In this document: piece by piece, positions 9,525 through 20,335 of the stretch
How positions within the stretch are numbered: position 1 is the stretch's first letter
Layout: each line of letters opens with the position of its first letter
NCBI RefSeq assembly: GCF_000372725.1
Contig: NW_005201165.1
Location: 312,853-337,071, forward strand
Length of the DNA stretch: 24,219 nucleotides
Origin: Emiliania huxleyi CCMP1516
Taxonomy: Eukaryota
Direction: 5' to 3'
Translations under genes and position numbers: made by a program
The notes under the pieces: model-generated
Told to the model about the DNA's origin: nothing
Database searches by the model: none
What the model saw: the letters and a program-made list of their open reading frames with translations, nothing else

Positions 9525-12500
9525 TCAGGGGGAGGGGGTCCGTTTCACAAAAGCTCTCCCCAAAAAAGGCCGCTTCGGCTTGGAAAGCTTCCTCTCCTCG
9601 GCCTTGGGTGCATCAACCTGGGGGCCGTAAAGGGCCTCGACCCACTCCGCCACGTACTCGTCCCGCTGCCGCTCCGCATTGCCCCACGAGGCCGGCACGC
9701 CGAGCGCGCTCCGCACGTTGGCGAGCAGCGGCGGCAGCTGCCGCACGGGGTGGCGCAGGAGCGCCGTCGAGCGGAGGAGCGCCAGCAGCTCCTCCCGCTC
9801 GTCCGAGGGCGGCGGCAGCAGGTGCAGCACGCCGCCGCCGTCGCAGGCCGCCTCACGCAGCCGGCGGCGGAGGACGTGCGCCTGGAGAGGCGAGAGGCGG
9901 CTCCGGGAGGGCGAGGGGGGAGCAGAGGGCGCGGGTGGGCGGCCTCGCAGGCCGGGAGGGGGGGCGCGCCTCGGACGCGTTTGCGTGGCTGATCGGCAGG
10001 CTCGAGCCCAGCGAGTGCGCGAGGATCCTCCCCGCGGTGCCGCACGCCTCGGCGTTGTGGTGCGGGTGGTGCGGGTGGTGCGGGTGGTGCGGGTGCCCCT
10101 CCGGTGGCCCTCCCCCCTCCACATGCTCGTGGTGCCTCTGCTGCCTCCGCTCCGGGCCGTTCTGCGCGGCCCGGAGCTGCGCCCTCGCTCGGGCGAGGTC
10201 GTCCGAGGCGGCGTCGCGGAGCCGCGTCAGCTGCGACAGCGTCGGAACCTCCTCCTCCAACCGACGCCCTCCTGCCACGGGCGCACGCCCGAGCAGCCCC
10301 GCGATTCCAGACAGGAAGCTGCCCAGCGGGCCGGTCGAGCCTGCCGCCGGCCCGGCCTGCGGCGACGCGGCCGGCCGGCTGTCGGACGAGGAGCAGCGCG
10401 GCAGCTCGGCGGCGTGCGAGCCCTTGGCGTCGACGAGCTCGGCCGCGGTGCTGTAGTGGAGGCGGTAGCAGGCGCGAGGCGGCATCCAGCCGCAAGTGCC
10501 GAGGAGGGCGCGGTGCGCGCCGCCTCGCCTCGTGAAGGGACGCACGCGGTGGCCGATGGTCTGCCCTGGCTTGTGCAGGCCGGCGCAGCCAACCTGCGCG
10601 GACACTCGGCCTCGCGCCTCGGCACGGCACGCCTCGGCGTATCGCGGCGTATCGCGGGCGTATCGCGGCGCATATCTCGTGCGCATCTCGTGCGCATCTC
10701 GTGCGCATCTCGTGCGCATACCTCGTGCGCATACCTCGGGCGCATCTCGGGCGCATCTCGGGCGCATCTCGGGCGCCGCTCCTGCGGGACGACGGGCACA
10801 CGGCCGAGCGCGTGGCTGATGAGGATGAGGTTGCCGACGAGCAAGTCGAGCTGCTTGAGCGGACCTGCGGGGGCGGGGTCCGCTCGACGTGTCATGGACG
10901 TGTCGTGGACGTGTCATGGACATGCCCTGCCGCGCGCAGCACGCTCGCGGCGGCTCTTCCCGTGGCGGCTCTCCCCCCACAGCTGCTCTCTCTCTCTCCG
11001 CCTCGCCTGACTCGAGCGGCGCGGCGCAGCTGCCGTTCCGCACCTCTCCCGCCGGCTCGGCGACCGCAAGGCGCGAGGTGCGGTTGGCCCAGCCGTAGTA
11101 GGCGGAGAGGAGGCGGTCGGCGCCAGCCTCCCACCAGCCGTGCGCCCGCAGGATGGCGCGGCGAGACCAGGCGCCTACTCTCGGAGCATCTGGTGCGACG
11201 TCGCACCCTCTCTCGCCCGGAGGATAGGCGCGGCGTCGGCAGGCGCCGGTGCGGATGCCCGCCATGTGACCCATCACAAACGGGGCGCCGCCTGCCACCC
11301 CGCGCGCGGCAACACGCGGGAGTGAGCACGCTGGCGCGGGAGGGAGGTGGCCCGCGAACCCTCTCGGTGGCCCTCGGGCCTCCACCAGACAGGCTTGGCG
11401 CGGCGCCTGCGCCGTCGACGCCCATCGTCCCGTTCCGCTCGCACGTGCGGATCTCGCGCGCGGAGAAGGAGCTCGGGAAGGGCATGAAGAGCCAGAGCGG
11501 CGCGATCGAGAGCCATGCGCGGGCCGGCCTCGGCGAGCCAACCTCGTGGAGGGGGCGACGCGTTCTCCCACTTCATCGCCGGAGGTGCCTCCGAGGTGCC
11601 TCCGAGGTGCCTCCGAGGTGCCTCCGAGGTGCTGCCGAGGTGCTGCCGAGGTGCAGCCGAGGTGCAGCCGAGGTGCTGCCGAAGGTGCTGCCGAGGTGCC
11701 GGGAGCCGGGAGCCGGCACCTCGTGGAGGGGGTACTTGCTGAGCCCGTTGAGGCGCGGCGCGCCGCACAACTCACCTACGCGCGCGGTCGCGTTGAGCTT
11801 CGCCCGCACCTTGCGGCGAGGCACCTCCTTGCCCAGAAAGTTGAGCAGCGCGTACTCTGCCGTCTCCTTCCACCTACGCCACTCCGACGGCCGACAGCGT
11901 CACCGACGCTCGTCGCACGACCGCGCGGGGGCGGGCCGCCGGCGCCGGAAGGTGCGGTTCTTGCGCGTGCCCGTCGCCCCCTTCTTCACCTCCCAGTGCG
12001 CCGTCGCCTGCGGGACGCGTCGCGGACGTGTCGCGGACGTGTCGCGGCGTGCAGCCTCCTCGCCGCCGCCGCCGCCCGCTCACGGCGCCTGCGCGTAGCT
12101 GGTGACGTTTGCGATCGAGGAGCGGAGCACCTGCGGCGCGGCGGCGGCGGGTCAAGCCACCGCGCCCCGCCGTCGCGCCCGGCCGGCCGGAGGCCGTCTC
12201 TCACATCGTTCATGAGCGTCTGCTCGTCGATGTTTGCAAAGTACGGCGGCTGCGCCCACGGCACATACTGCTTGACTGCGCTCGAGTTGGTGATGAAGAG
12301 GTGGAGGCGGCGGGAGAGCTCGCGCAGCACCCAGGCGGCGCCGTCGCCCGGCCTCACGTCCTGCGCGTAGAAGACGCCCGCGTTGACGAGCGGCGTGTCC
12401 GACATCGAGACGAGCTGGACGCCTCGATAGATGCCCTTGAGAGTCGGGTACGGGTTGGACAGCCACACGACGTCGGTGTCTGTCTGCAGCACGTTGACGC

Positions 12501-12900
12501 CAAACTCGATGGCGAGCCGCGCCGCATAGTGCTTGCGCAGGTCGTAAAAGTAGAAGGCGTACCCCCAGTACATCTTGGCGCACAGGCCCGGGTTGGCCGG
12601 CATCGTCTTTGGCAGACGCGACGACCAGACGCAGGCGATGTCGGGCAGCGCGCCGCGCATGGAGAGGCAGGACGCAGGCGAGTCGGAGAGGAAGAGCACG
12701 TGGTGCAGGCCGAGCGCACGCAACTGCAGCACCGTGTTGAGAGCATTCGACGCGGAGGCAGTCGGCGCGGCGTCACTGCAGACGATAATGAGCTCGCGCT
12801 GGTAGGCGAGCTGCGACGCGACCCGAGCCAGGGCGCCCTCGGCCTCGAGGTCAGTGCCGAAGGCCGTGAAGGGCGGCAGCCTGCCAGCCGACTCGAGCAT
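9525..12900 (-). CDS. Nucleotide-diphospho-sugar transferase (GT77-like), multi-exon; start codon and 3' exon structure approximate
   Basis: GVNVLQTDTDVVWLSNPYP (DxD), VNAGVFY, DEQTLMNDV. Introns at 12204-12131 (GT-AG), 12088-12008 (GC-AG) and 11719-11543, plus further repeat-filled introns. The last exon ends at 9525. Confidence 0.75.
10630..10773 (+). repeat. Intronic 11-bp tandem repeat (gcgcatctcgt/g)
   Basis: Directly visible tandem units. Confidence 0.9.
11582..11700 (+). repeat. Intronic 11-bp tandem repeat (gaggtgcctcc / gaggtgctgcc)
   Basis: Directly visible tandem units. Confidence 0.9.
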
Positions 12901-13156
12901 TACGGCCGCGTCAAGAGCAGGTCTCGCATGCGGGCGGCCCCCCACGGCGGGGACGCTCGCGGGGGAAATTCTTTTTCAGCGCACACATTCCACATTCGCT
13001 GTCGTGGGATCCCGAAGTTTCTCTTTTCGCCGAGCATGCTGCCTTCGCTGCCACAACTCGTCGCCTGCTTGCTGGTGCCACCAACGCCTTTGGGAGCGCC
13101 GGCCGTGCAACGAGCACAACACACGGTGCGTAGCCTTGCGCAGCGGCGGCGCCAGG

Positions 13157-13876
13157 ATGCAGCACGCCGCTGCCGCGCCGGCCTCGGTCCTGTCTGGCTG
13201 CAAGCTTTCCTACTTTGGAATCCCAGGTCGGGCAGAAGCGATTCGCCTCTCCTTGGCCATTGGCGGCGTCGACTTTGAGGACAAGCGCATTCCCTTTCCG
13301 GAGTGGGGCAAGGTGAAGCACACGACTCCGTGGGCCACCGCCCCTGTGCTGGAGCTCGCCGACGGGTCGGAGCTTGCTCAGGCGCGGAGCATCTTGCGCT
13401 TCGTCGGCAGGCATGCCGGCCTGTACCCGGCCGACCCGCTCGCGGCGCAGCGAGCGGACGAGCTGATGGACGCACTCGAGGACCTCGGCGCGATCGTGAC
13501 CAGCGTCGGCCAGGGCCTCCCGAAGGAGGAGCAGGAGGCCGCGCGCCGAGCCGCAGTGGCGGAGGGTGGGTCGGTGTACGACTTCCTTGCGAGGCTCGAA
13601 AAGTTCGTCGCAGCGCACGGCGTAGGCGGCCACGCGGTGGGCGACGAGCTCGACGTCGCGAGCATCCTGACGTTCACCGCGCTCGGCAGGCTGGTCGGCG
13701 GCGTCTACTTTGGTGTCCCTCCCACAGCATGCGACCCCTTCCCGCGCCTCCAGGCGGTTCGGAAGACCGTGGGCGCCCACCCTGCTGTCGTCGCGTGGTA
13801 CCGGGCGCGGGTTGCGCAAACGTCGCTGGAGTCGCTCTCGCCCGCGGAGCGGGTGCTAGCGGGAGGCGCGACATGA
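13157..13876 (+). CDS. Glutathione S-transferase (sigma-like)
   Basis: KLSYFGIPGRAEAIRLSL...FEDKRI...TPWATAPVLE...LAQARSILRFVGRHAGLYP.DPLAA...D; C-terminal FPRLQAV...HPAVVAW. Confidence 0.92.
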   Translation: MQHAAAAPASVLSGCKLSYFGIPGRAEAIRLSLAIGGVDFEDKRIPFPEWGKVKHTTPWATAPVLELADGSELAQARSILRFVGRHAGLYPADPLAAQRADELMDALEDLGAIVTSVGQGLPKEEQEAARRAAVAEGGSVYDFLARLEKFVAAHGVGGHAVGDELDVASILTFTALGRLVGGVYFGVPPTACDPFPRLQAVRKTVGAHPAVVAWYRARVAQTSLESLSPAERVLAGGAT

Positions 13877-13959
13877 TGTGTGAGGATCTCCCAAGATATT
13901 GCCGGAGACTACACCGTGCGGTGCACGTCTGCCCAGAATTTGTGTATGTATGTAAAAGA

Positions 13960-13983
13960 GAGCGAGTGACGGATAAAGTCGTG
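13960..13983 (+). repeat. Left terminal inverted repeat
   Basis: gagcgagtgacggataaagtcgtg, preceded by TSD aaga. Confidence 0.85.
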
Positions 13984-14129
13984 TGAAAGAGCTGTGAAAG
14001 CGAAAGTAGCGAAATTAATTGCCCGCCGCAGGCGAAGAAAATTTCAGGGTTTTTGGTCCCCTACGCCAAAGAAATCGAAGATTCCGCCGGCGGGCGGGAG
14101 GACGCGCCAACGGGCACGCGACTCGCGCT

Positions 14130-14329
14130 ATGATCGCGCTGGTGCTTGCGTTGCTGTGGCCGTCTTCATCCGTGTCGTACACCGAGCTGGCGCCACAGCA
14201 GTACAACAACGGCTCGGTAGAGCTGCTCCACGGGACTACTATCATCATCAGAGGGCCCGGCAATGTCCACGGCGGAGCTGGCGGTGGCGGTGGCGGCGGT
14301 GGTTATGGCGGCGGCGGCGGCGGAAGCGG

Positions 14330-14378
<49 letters not shown>

Positions 14379-17300
14379 TCTTACTGGACGGGGGCGCTCG
14401 CCGCTGCCAGCTTCGCGCTGATGCGGACGTCACATGTGCAAAGTGCCAATGGTCTCCAGCGAGGCTTGCTGAACAGCTGGAACGCAGTCGTGCTGGGCGC
14501 CACTCTGTACGCCTACATGCCTACCCACTACGGGCAGCTGACCACCACCGATTGGATACCCTGGTCGGCAGAGTCGGCGGCGGCAGTGGAGGAGCTTGCG
14601 GCTGCTACGCTCGAGGAGAAGTGCGCAAGGGCGCGGCTCACGATCGACGAGCTGTGGCTCGAGGCGGCGGACGCCCAGGTGCACCCACCGCGTGTAGAAG
14701 ACCTCTCCTGTCCCCGGGTCCCAACTGCGCGCCATCTTTCGCTCTAGGAGGATGCACTCTTGCTTCGCCAACGTCAAATTGTACTCGCTGAGCACGCCCA
14801 CTGGCTAGCCACGTGTCTCGAGTCGGACATGTGCCAGCCGTGCGAGGGAGGGGGGGGGGCAGGGCCAGGGCGTCCGTCGAAGGAGACTATGCAAAAGCGA
14901 AAGGCCGCAGATCAGCTGGCCTCTCAACATGGACGCTCCTTCTTTCAGAACGCGGGTTTCGCAATTCCTTCGCGGCCGCCGAAGCCTGCCTTGCCCTCGC
15001 AGCAGCGCACTATCACTGAACCTTCTGCCTCCTCCTCTACCCTCGGCAATGAGGCCGCCGAGTCGGCTACTCCCACCTCCGGCGCCGACGCAGAACTCAC
15101 TGGCAGCGATGACGCGATGGACGGCAGTTCCTGCGCAGACCTGCCCGAGGCTCAGGCAGCGGAGGAAGCGGCAGAAGCAGAAGCCTCAGAGGCCGCAGAG
15201 AAAGCGGCCGCGGCTGTTCGCGCTGCGGAGCAGGCGGAGTCGAGGGTTGACTACGCCAGTGCTCTTCCGCAGGGTCGCATGCCGGCGCATGGCGAGCCGA
15301 GCTCGACGGGTCGCGAAGGTGCCTTGCGCGTGACAGCGACCCCGTACAATGATGGCCGGTACGATTTCAGCGGAGCATACAACATCTACGTCAGCGTCGC
15401 CGTACTCAAAGGTTCTGGTGGCAGATGGGAGGCCCTTAATCGGCAGACAACATACACCGCCACGTCTACCGATCCTGAGGATTGCCAGGCCGAGGCACTT
15501 GCAGAGGCGCGACGCATCGCGTGGCGCCTCTTGGAGCAGTCCAGGCAGCAGAGCGAAAAAAAGAAAAGGCGGCGCGGCCAACAGCTTCCCGCACCACCAG
15601 CCTCCGACCGCAGACTCCGGGAGAGAGGAGCGGCACAGCCGTCAGCAAAGCCTACGGATGGGCGCGCAAGCAACGGCCGCAAGAAAGGCTCATCCTCGCA
15701 GGCATCAGCCGAGTCATCAGCCGGCGCGGCACTGGCCGCTCACAGCTACGGAAACCCTTCGGTCAACTCGCAGCTTTTTGTGCCACTCGCAGAGAAGGCG
15801 CCTTCTATGCAGCTGGCAATGCTCCAGCGCACTCAGGGCGAGCTTCGGCGCGTCCAATTGCAGCTGGCGCAGGAGAAGACGGCGCACGAGGCAAGCAAGG
15901 AGACAATCAGCGGCTTGAAGGTCGACCTCGGGCGGCTCCAACAGTGGGCGACCTCTCAGTTGGCCGTCGATATGGACCAGCTACCGAGCCCCCGACAGCT
16001 CGATGCGCTACTCGGCCAGGGCTACACCGCCACGGAGCGAGGCCGCACGATTTACAATCATCTCGACCGCGCCTTCAACGCCATCCAAACCATCACTGGT
16101 GGCGACCTGAGGAAGACGGCAGAGCTCATCGCCTTTGCGAGCAAGAAACTGGATCTCAATCGCGACGATCACGTGGATGAGCGGAAGCAAAGGGCAGTGA
16201 AGGGCATTATTGATTCGTTGCGCCAATTCTTTGTAAAGGCGCGAGGCATCACCGGCGGGGGACGTCCTCCCAAAAAGCTCTCGCAGGCTGTCCAGGCAAT
16301 CGTCACGGCGATTGCACACGCGCCCGAGCTGGGTGGATCGAGTCTGGCAGCGGTAGCGAGCGTGCTCGAGATGGGTGGGTCAGGTGCGAGCAAGCTCTCG
16401 GCCCGCGGGGATGCGGCGGACGCCTTTATTTCCGACGGCGACTACTCGATCCTCTTTGAAGACCGATCCAAGGTGCGTTCGGATGCGTACACAGATGAGC
16501 AGCTAGATTGGGTCAAGACCAACGTCTGGTTGAGCGACGACTTTACGAGAGAGTCGGAGGCAAAGAAGGATGAGATATTCGATCCAAAGTCTCGGAAGTC
16601 CAATCGTGCGCACCACCGACTGCGGTGGCTCGAAGTTCCCCTCATGGAACTCTATCAACGCGGCAGAGAACTCTACCAGGAAGAGGCGGCGAGGAGAGAG
16701 TGGAAGGTGACGAAGATGTCGTCAACAACGATACGCAATCTACGTCCCTTTTGGGTCAAGGATCCGACGAGAGACGTCTGCCTCTGCCGCTATCACCTTG
16801 AGTTTGATCTTCTCGCCAAGGGGTTCACTCGACTCTGCTCCGCCATCAAGTGCCCGAACGACTGCGATATCTGCGAAAATGCGCCCAAGTTGACGACCGG
16901 GCTCAAACTCCGCGCCGCACTCACGTGCCCGAGGCCAGAGGGGGAGGAGCGGTACGACGACCGCGCGTGTGTGGACGGGGAATGCCAAAAGTGCAAGGAG
17001 CTGCAGCTAATGGCAAATATTGTTTGCCCGGCTCGACGTGCATTGATGGCCGACCATCAACTCAAGTGGGAGAAGTATGAAAAGACCCACATCGGACAAG
17101 ATAAGGCGACGGGGGAGGACCGATACAAAAATGACTTCATCGAGCAGGCTAGCCTAGCCTCCCCCCAAAGCCCCAACGCCCAACGCCATCCTAACGTCTG
17201 ACGCCGTCCTTCGGCCTGTAGTCCGGCGTCGGGGAAGAGCTGTTCCAAGAGATTGGCGAATGCCTCAAGACGTTCAACCCGCATCACGATCTTGCCAAGC

Positions 17301-20251
17301 GACAGGTGTCTCACACGCAATCCCCGCCTCCCCTCGCGCGTTCGCCTCCGCTCGCGCGTCAGCCTCCTCCCGGCCAGCACACAACATTGACACACCGTGC
17401 CGTCTGTGCTCAGGACGACGACTGGTCGGCACTCAAGACTGACTTTCCGAGGGGCAGTTTCGTCTCGGTGCAGGACTTTTCTGAGAATCATCACCATAAA
17501 GTGCGCAACGAGCCCCAGGCCAAGTATTACCAGTCGGTCGACAGCACGCTCTACATGGTTGTGGTCCGATACCACCTCGATGACGCGACCAAGCTACCAG
17601 ACGAGGTGAGAGACGAGCTTCGCGCCACTTATGCGAGTGTCGATCGGCCGCCGATCATCGTCGAGACCCTGGCCTTTGTGAGCGCAGATCGAAAGCACGA
17701 CAACGCATTTGTGCGTCACGTGAACGATCGCTACGTCGTGCCATACATGCAGTCGATCGGCGATTTCAGTACGCACTATGCTCGATCGGATGGTTGCAAA
17801 TCGCAGTTCAAGTGCGCGATGCACTTTGATTGGGTCAGTCGCCGCCAGTTTGAAACGGGGGTGCGAACGGACTGGTCCTTCTTTTGCAGCTGTCACGGCA
17901 AGTGCGACTGCGATCCGGAGGGCGGGTCGATCAAGTCAGCGGCGGCGAACTGGGAGCGCCATGGCGACCTCGAGGGCATGCGGGTTCAAGCCAAGCTCCC
18001 GGACGCGGCCAGCTTTGTCAAGTGGGCCAACGAGGGCAGTGCCGCCGGCTCGCCACACGGATATCACGCCGGCCTCACCGAACCTAAGGATTCCCTGTTG
18101 ACCAAGCTGCGATGGGGCCGAAAAAATGCAATCTGGCGGCGGCAATTCATCAACGTGCCGACCACCGGCCCACAGGCAGTCTCCCGCATCTACTCCGAGT
18201 GCACGCTCGACGGCTCCGCTCGCATGCACTCTTTTGTTGACGTTGGTACACCGGGCACCATCTTGTGGCGTGAGCGTTCGTGCCATCAGTGCGAGAACTG
18301 CTGGGCTGGCAGAGCATCGACCGGGTGCTCCGACGAGAAAAGGTTTGGGCGGGCGGTCCGCATGCCGATCATCCACCAGAAGAAACCGGAGAGCAGCCTC
18401 ACCCGAACGCTGCGGAGTGTGCAGTCAAAGCCGCTGCCTGAGATGATCAAAGAGGTAACCGATGGTCAGTATGTTTGCGTCGTTGTGAAGGACAACCCGC
18501 ACGAGCCGTGGATGCTTGGCCGTGCCGGCGGCGGCGTGGAGAAGGCGACGGCCAATGACGTGACGGAGGCGGCGAAGCTCGGCTTTACTATCAAAACGGG
18601 GGCGGAGGTGCTGCGACTCATCAAATTTGAGCCATTTGAGCTTGGCTCGCGACGATACATTGAGACCAAGGTGCCGTTGGTGGTGCCAGCGACGGCCTTG
18701 CGGCGAGGAGAGCTCAAACCAAACAACGTGAACGAGCTGCGCAAATCGGTCAGGATCAAAAATCAAGCCAGCCGCTATGGTGAGTCGACCTTTGAACTCA
18801 AAGAAGAAGATCTACGTGCAATCGTCGCGATCCTTGGGAGCGAGATTGGAGACTTTAAAGTCGACAAGCTTCTCGCACACCGAGTCGTCGTCCAGAGGGG
18901 CAAGCCGGTGGACCAGTTCCAAGTCAAGTGGCAGGGATGGGAGCGTGAGGAGGACTTGACTTGGGAGCCGCTAAGCGCCTTTGGCGGCGATGAGACACTG
19001 CTCGCCGAGGCGGCCGACGTGAAAGCCAAAGCTGCTGCAGCAGCCCAGGCTGCCACGAAGCAGCGGGCAGCGACGGCGCAGCGTGAGGCAGAGCAGGAGA
19101 GGGCGGCGGTAGAAGCGGCCAAGGCGGCGGCCGAGGCGGCGGCAGCGGAGCACGCAAAGCGAGAGCAAGAGGCGGTGGAGCAAGCGGCAGCGGCGGAGAA
19201 AGCCGAGGCAGCGGCGGCGGCAGCGGCGGCGGCGGAGGCTGCGGCGGCGAAGGCGGCGGCGGCAGAGGCGGCGGCGGCAGAGGCGGCGGCGGATGAGGTG
19301 GCGTCGGCAGAGCAGGCGGCGCGGGAGGGGACGTCAAAGGCAGGGGCCACCAACCGCGCTCTGACTCAGGCACCGATATCGATGCTTATGGCAGAGTCGG
19401 GGGCGGAGCGTGACACCGCAGCCGCCGCGGCGAGCTCTACTGCATCTCGTGCGGCCGAGGAGGCTAAGCTATCGCGTGCTCGGGCGGAGGAGGCGGAGGA
19501 GGCTGCCGCCAAAGCTGCTGCCGCGGTTGCGCGTGCAGAGCAGGCCAGTCGTCAGATCACAGTTCGTACGGGTTACTTCGGGTCGCTCAAGGAGATGCTG
19601 TCGCTGGCGGGGCGTGAGGTCGTGCCGGTCGCAGGCGACGGCAACTGCGGCTTCTACGCATTTTTGGGGTGCGAAGACGCCATTGAGCACTGCCGGGGCC
19701 GGACGCGGGCACCGACTGCGCGTGACTATGCCGCTCAGCAGAATCTACGCGAGGAATGCGTCAAATGGCTGCAGGATCGCCCGCAGCTAACAGCATGGCA
19801 TGCGGGCATGGACGCCGTCTCCAACTCTCGGAGACAATCATCGTGGAGCGACGCGGCAATCAAAAATTTGGAGGGCGGCAAGCAGAGCACATCTGATAGC
19901 ATGGGAGTGTACGCGAACGAGGCTGCTCTCCGCGCGATGGCGGGGCTTCGGAAGGAGCCCCTTGTGGTTGTTGATTCCAAAGCTGGGCCGTCTCTGAGCA
20001 AGCAGGTTCGCAATCGCCCGCCAGACCAAGTGGCGGTGTATGAAACTCATGCAGGGCCAGAGGATAAGCGGCGCTGGTTTGCCTCTGTGATGAAATGGAT
20101 GTCATGGGCGAACGACATTGCGCCGGTGCTGCAGCGTCGCCTCGAGGGCAACCAGCTGGAGGACGACCCCAAGTATCGCGTGATTGTCCACAATGGCGAG
20201 CCGGCATCGAGCCGCGGCGGCCACTTTGACGCAACGCGCGTGGTAGTGTAG
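14130..20251 (+). CDS. Sola2-type DDD transposase-chromodomain-OTU fusion; predicted exons 14130-14678, 14748-17147, 17222-17305, 17414-20251 (~1956 aa; ~1746 aa if it starts at ATG 14829)
   Basis: CLCRYH and Cys clusters; spliced HHDLAKRQ|DDDWSALK...QDFSEN (D at 17474); SDGCKSQFK (D at 17789); WSFFCSCHGKCDCDPEGGSIK; RERSCHQCENC; chromodomain ~18854-18985; OTU GDGNC (C at 19646)...GHFDA (H at 20222). All three introns are phase 0 and restore one open frame. Confidence 0.85.
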
Positions 20252-20335
20252 TAGCGTGTCATAGCGTGCGTGCGTGTGTAAGGAATGGACCGCGTGTTTT
20301 CTTTTATTTTCCTCGACGGGCGCTCGACGCGCCGT

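Noticed and set aside
10630..11700. CRISPR-like arrays
   Set aside because: Head-to-tail 11-mers without spacers, inside eukaryotic introns, with no cas genes
9272..12945. Many long overlapping ORFs on both strands
   Set aside because: Shadow ORFs of GC-rich DNA and repeat-filled introns; Arg/Ala/Pro-rich with no motifs
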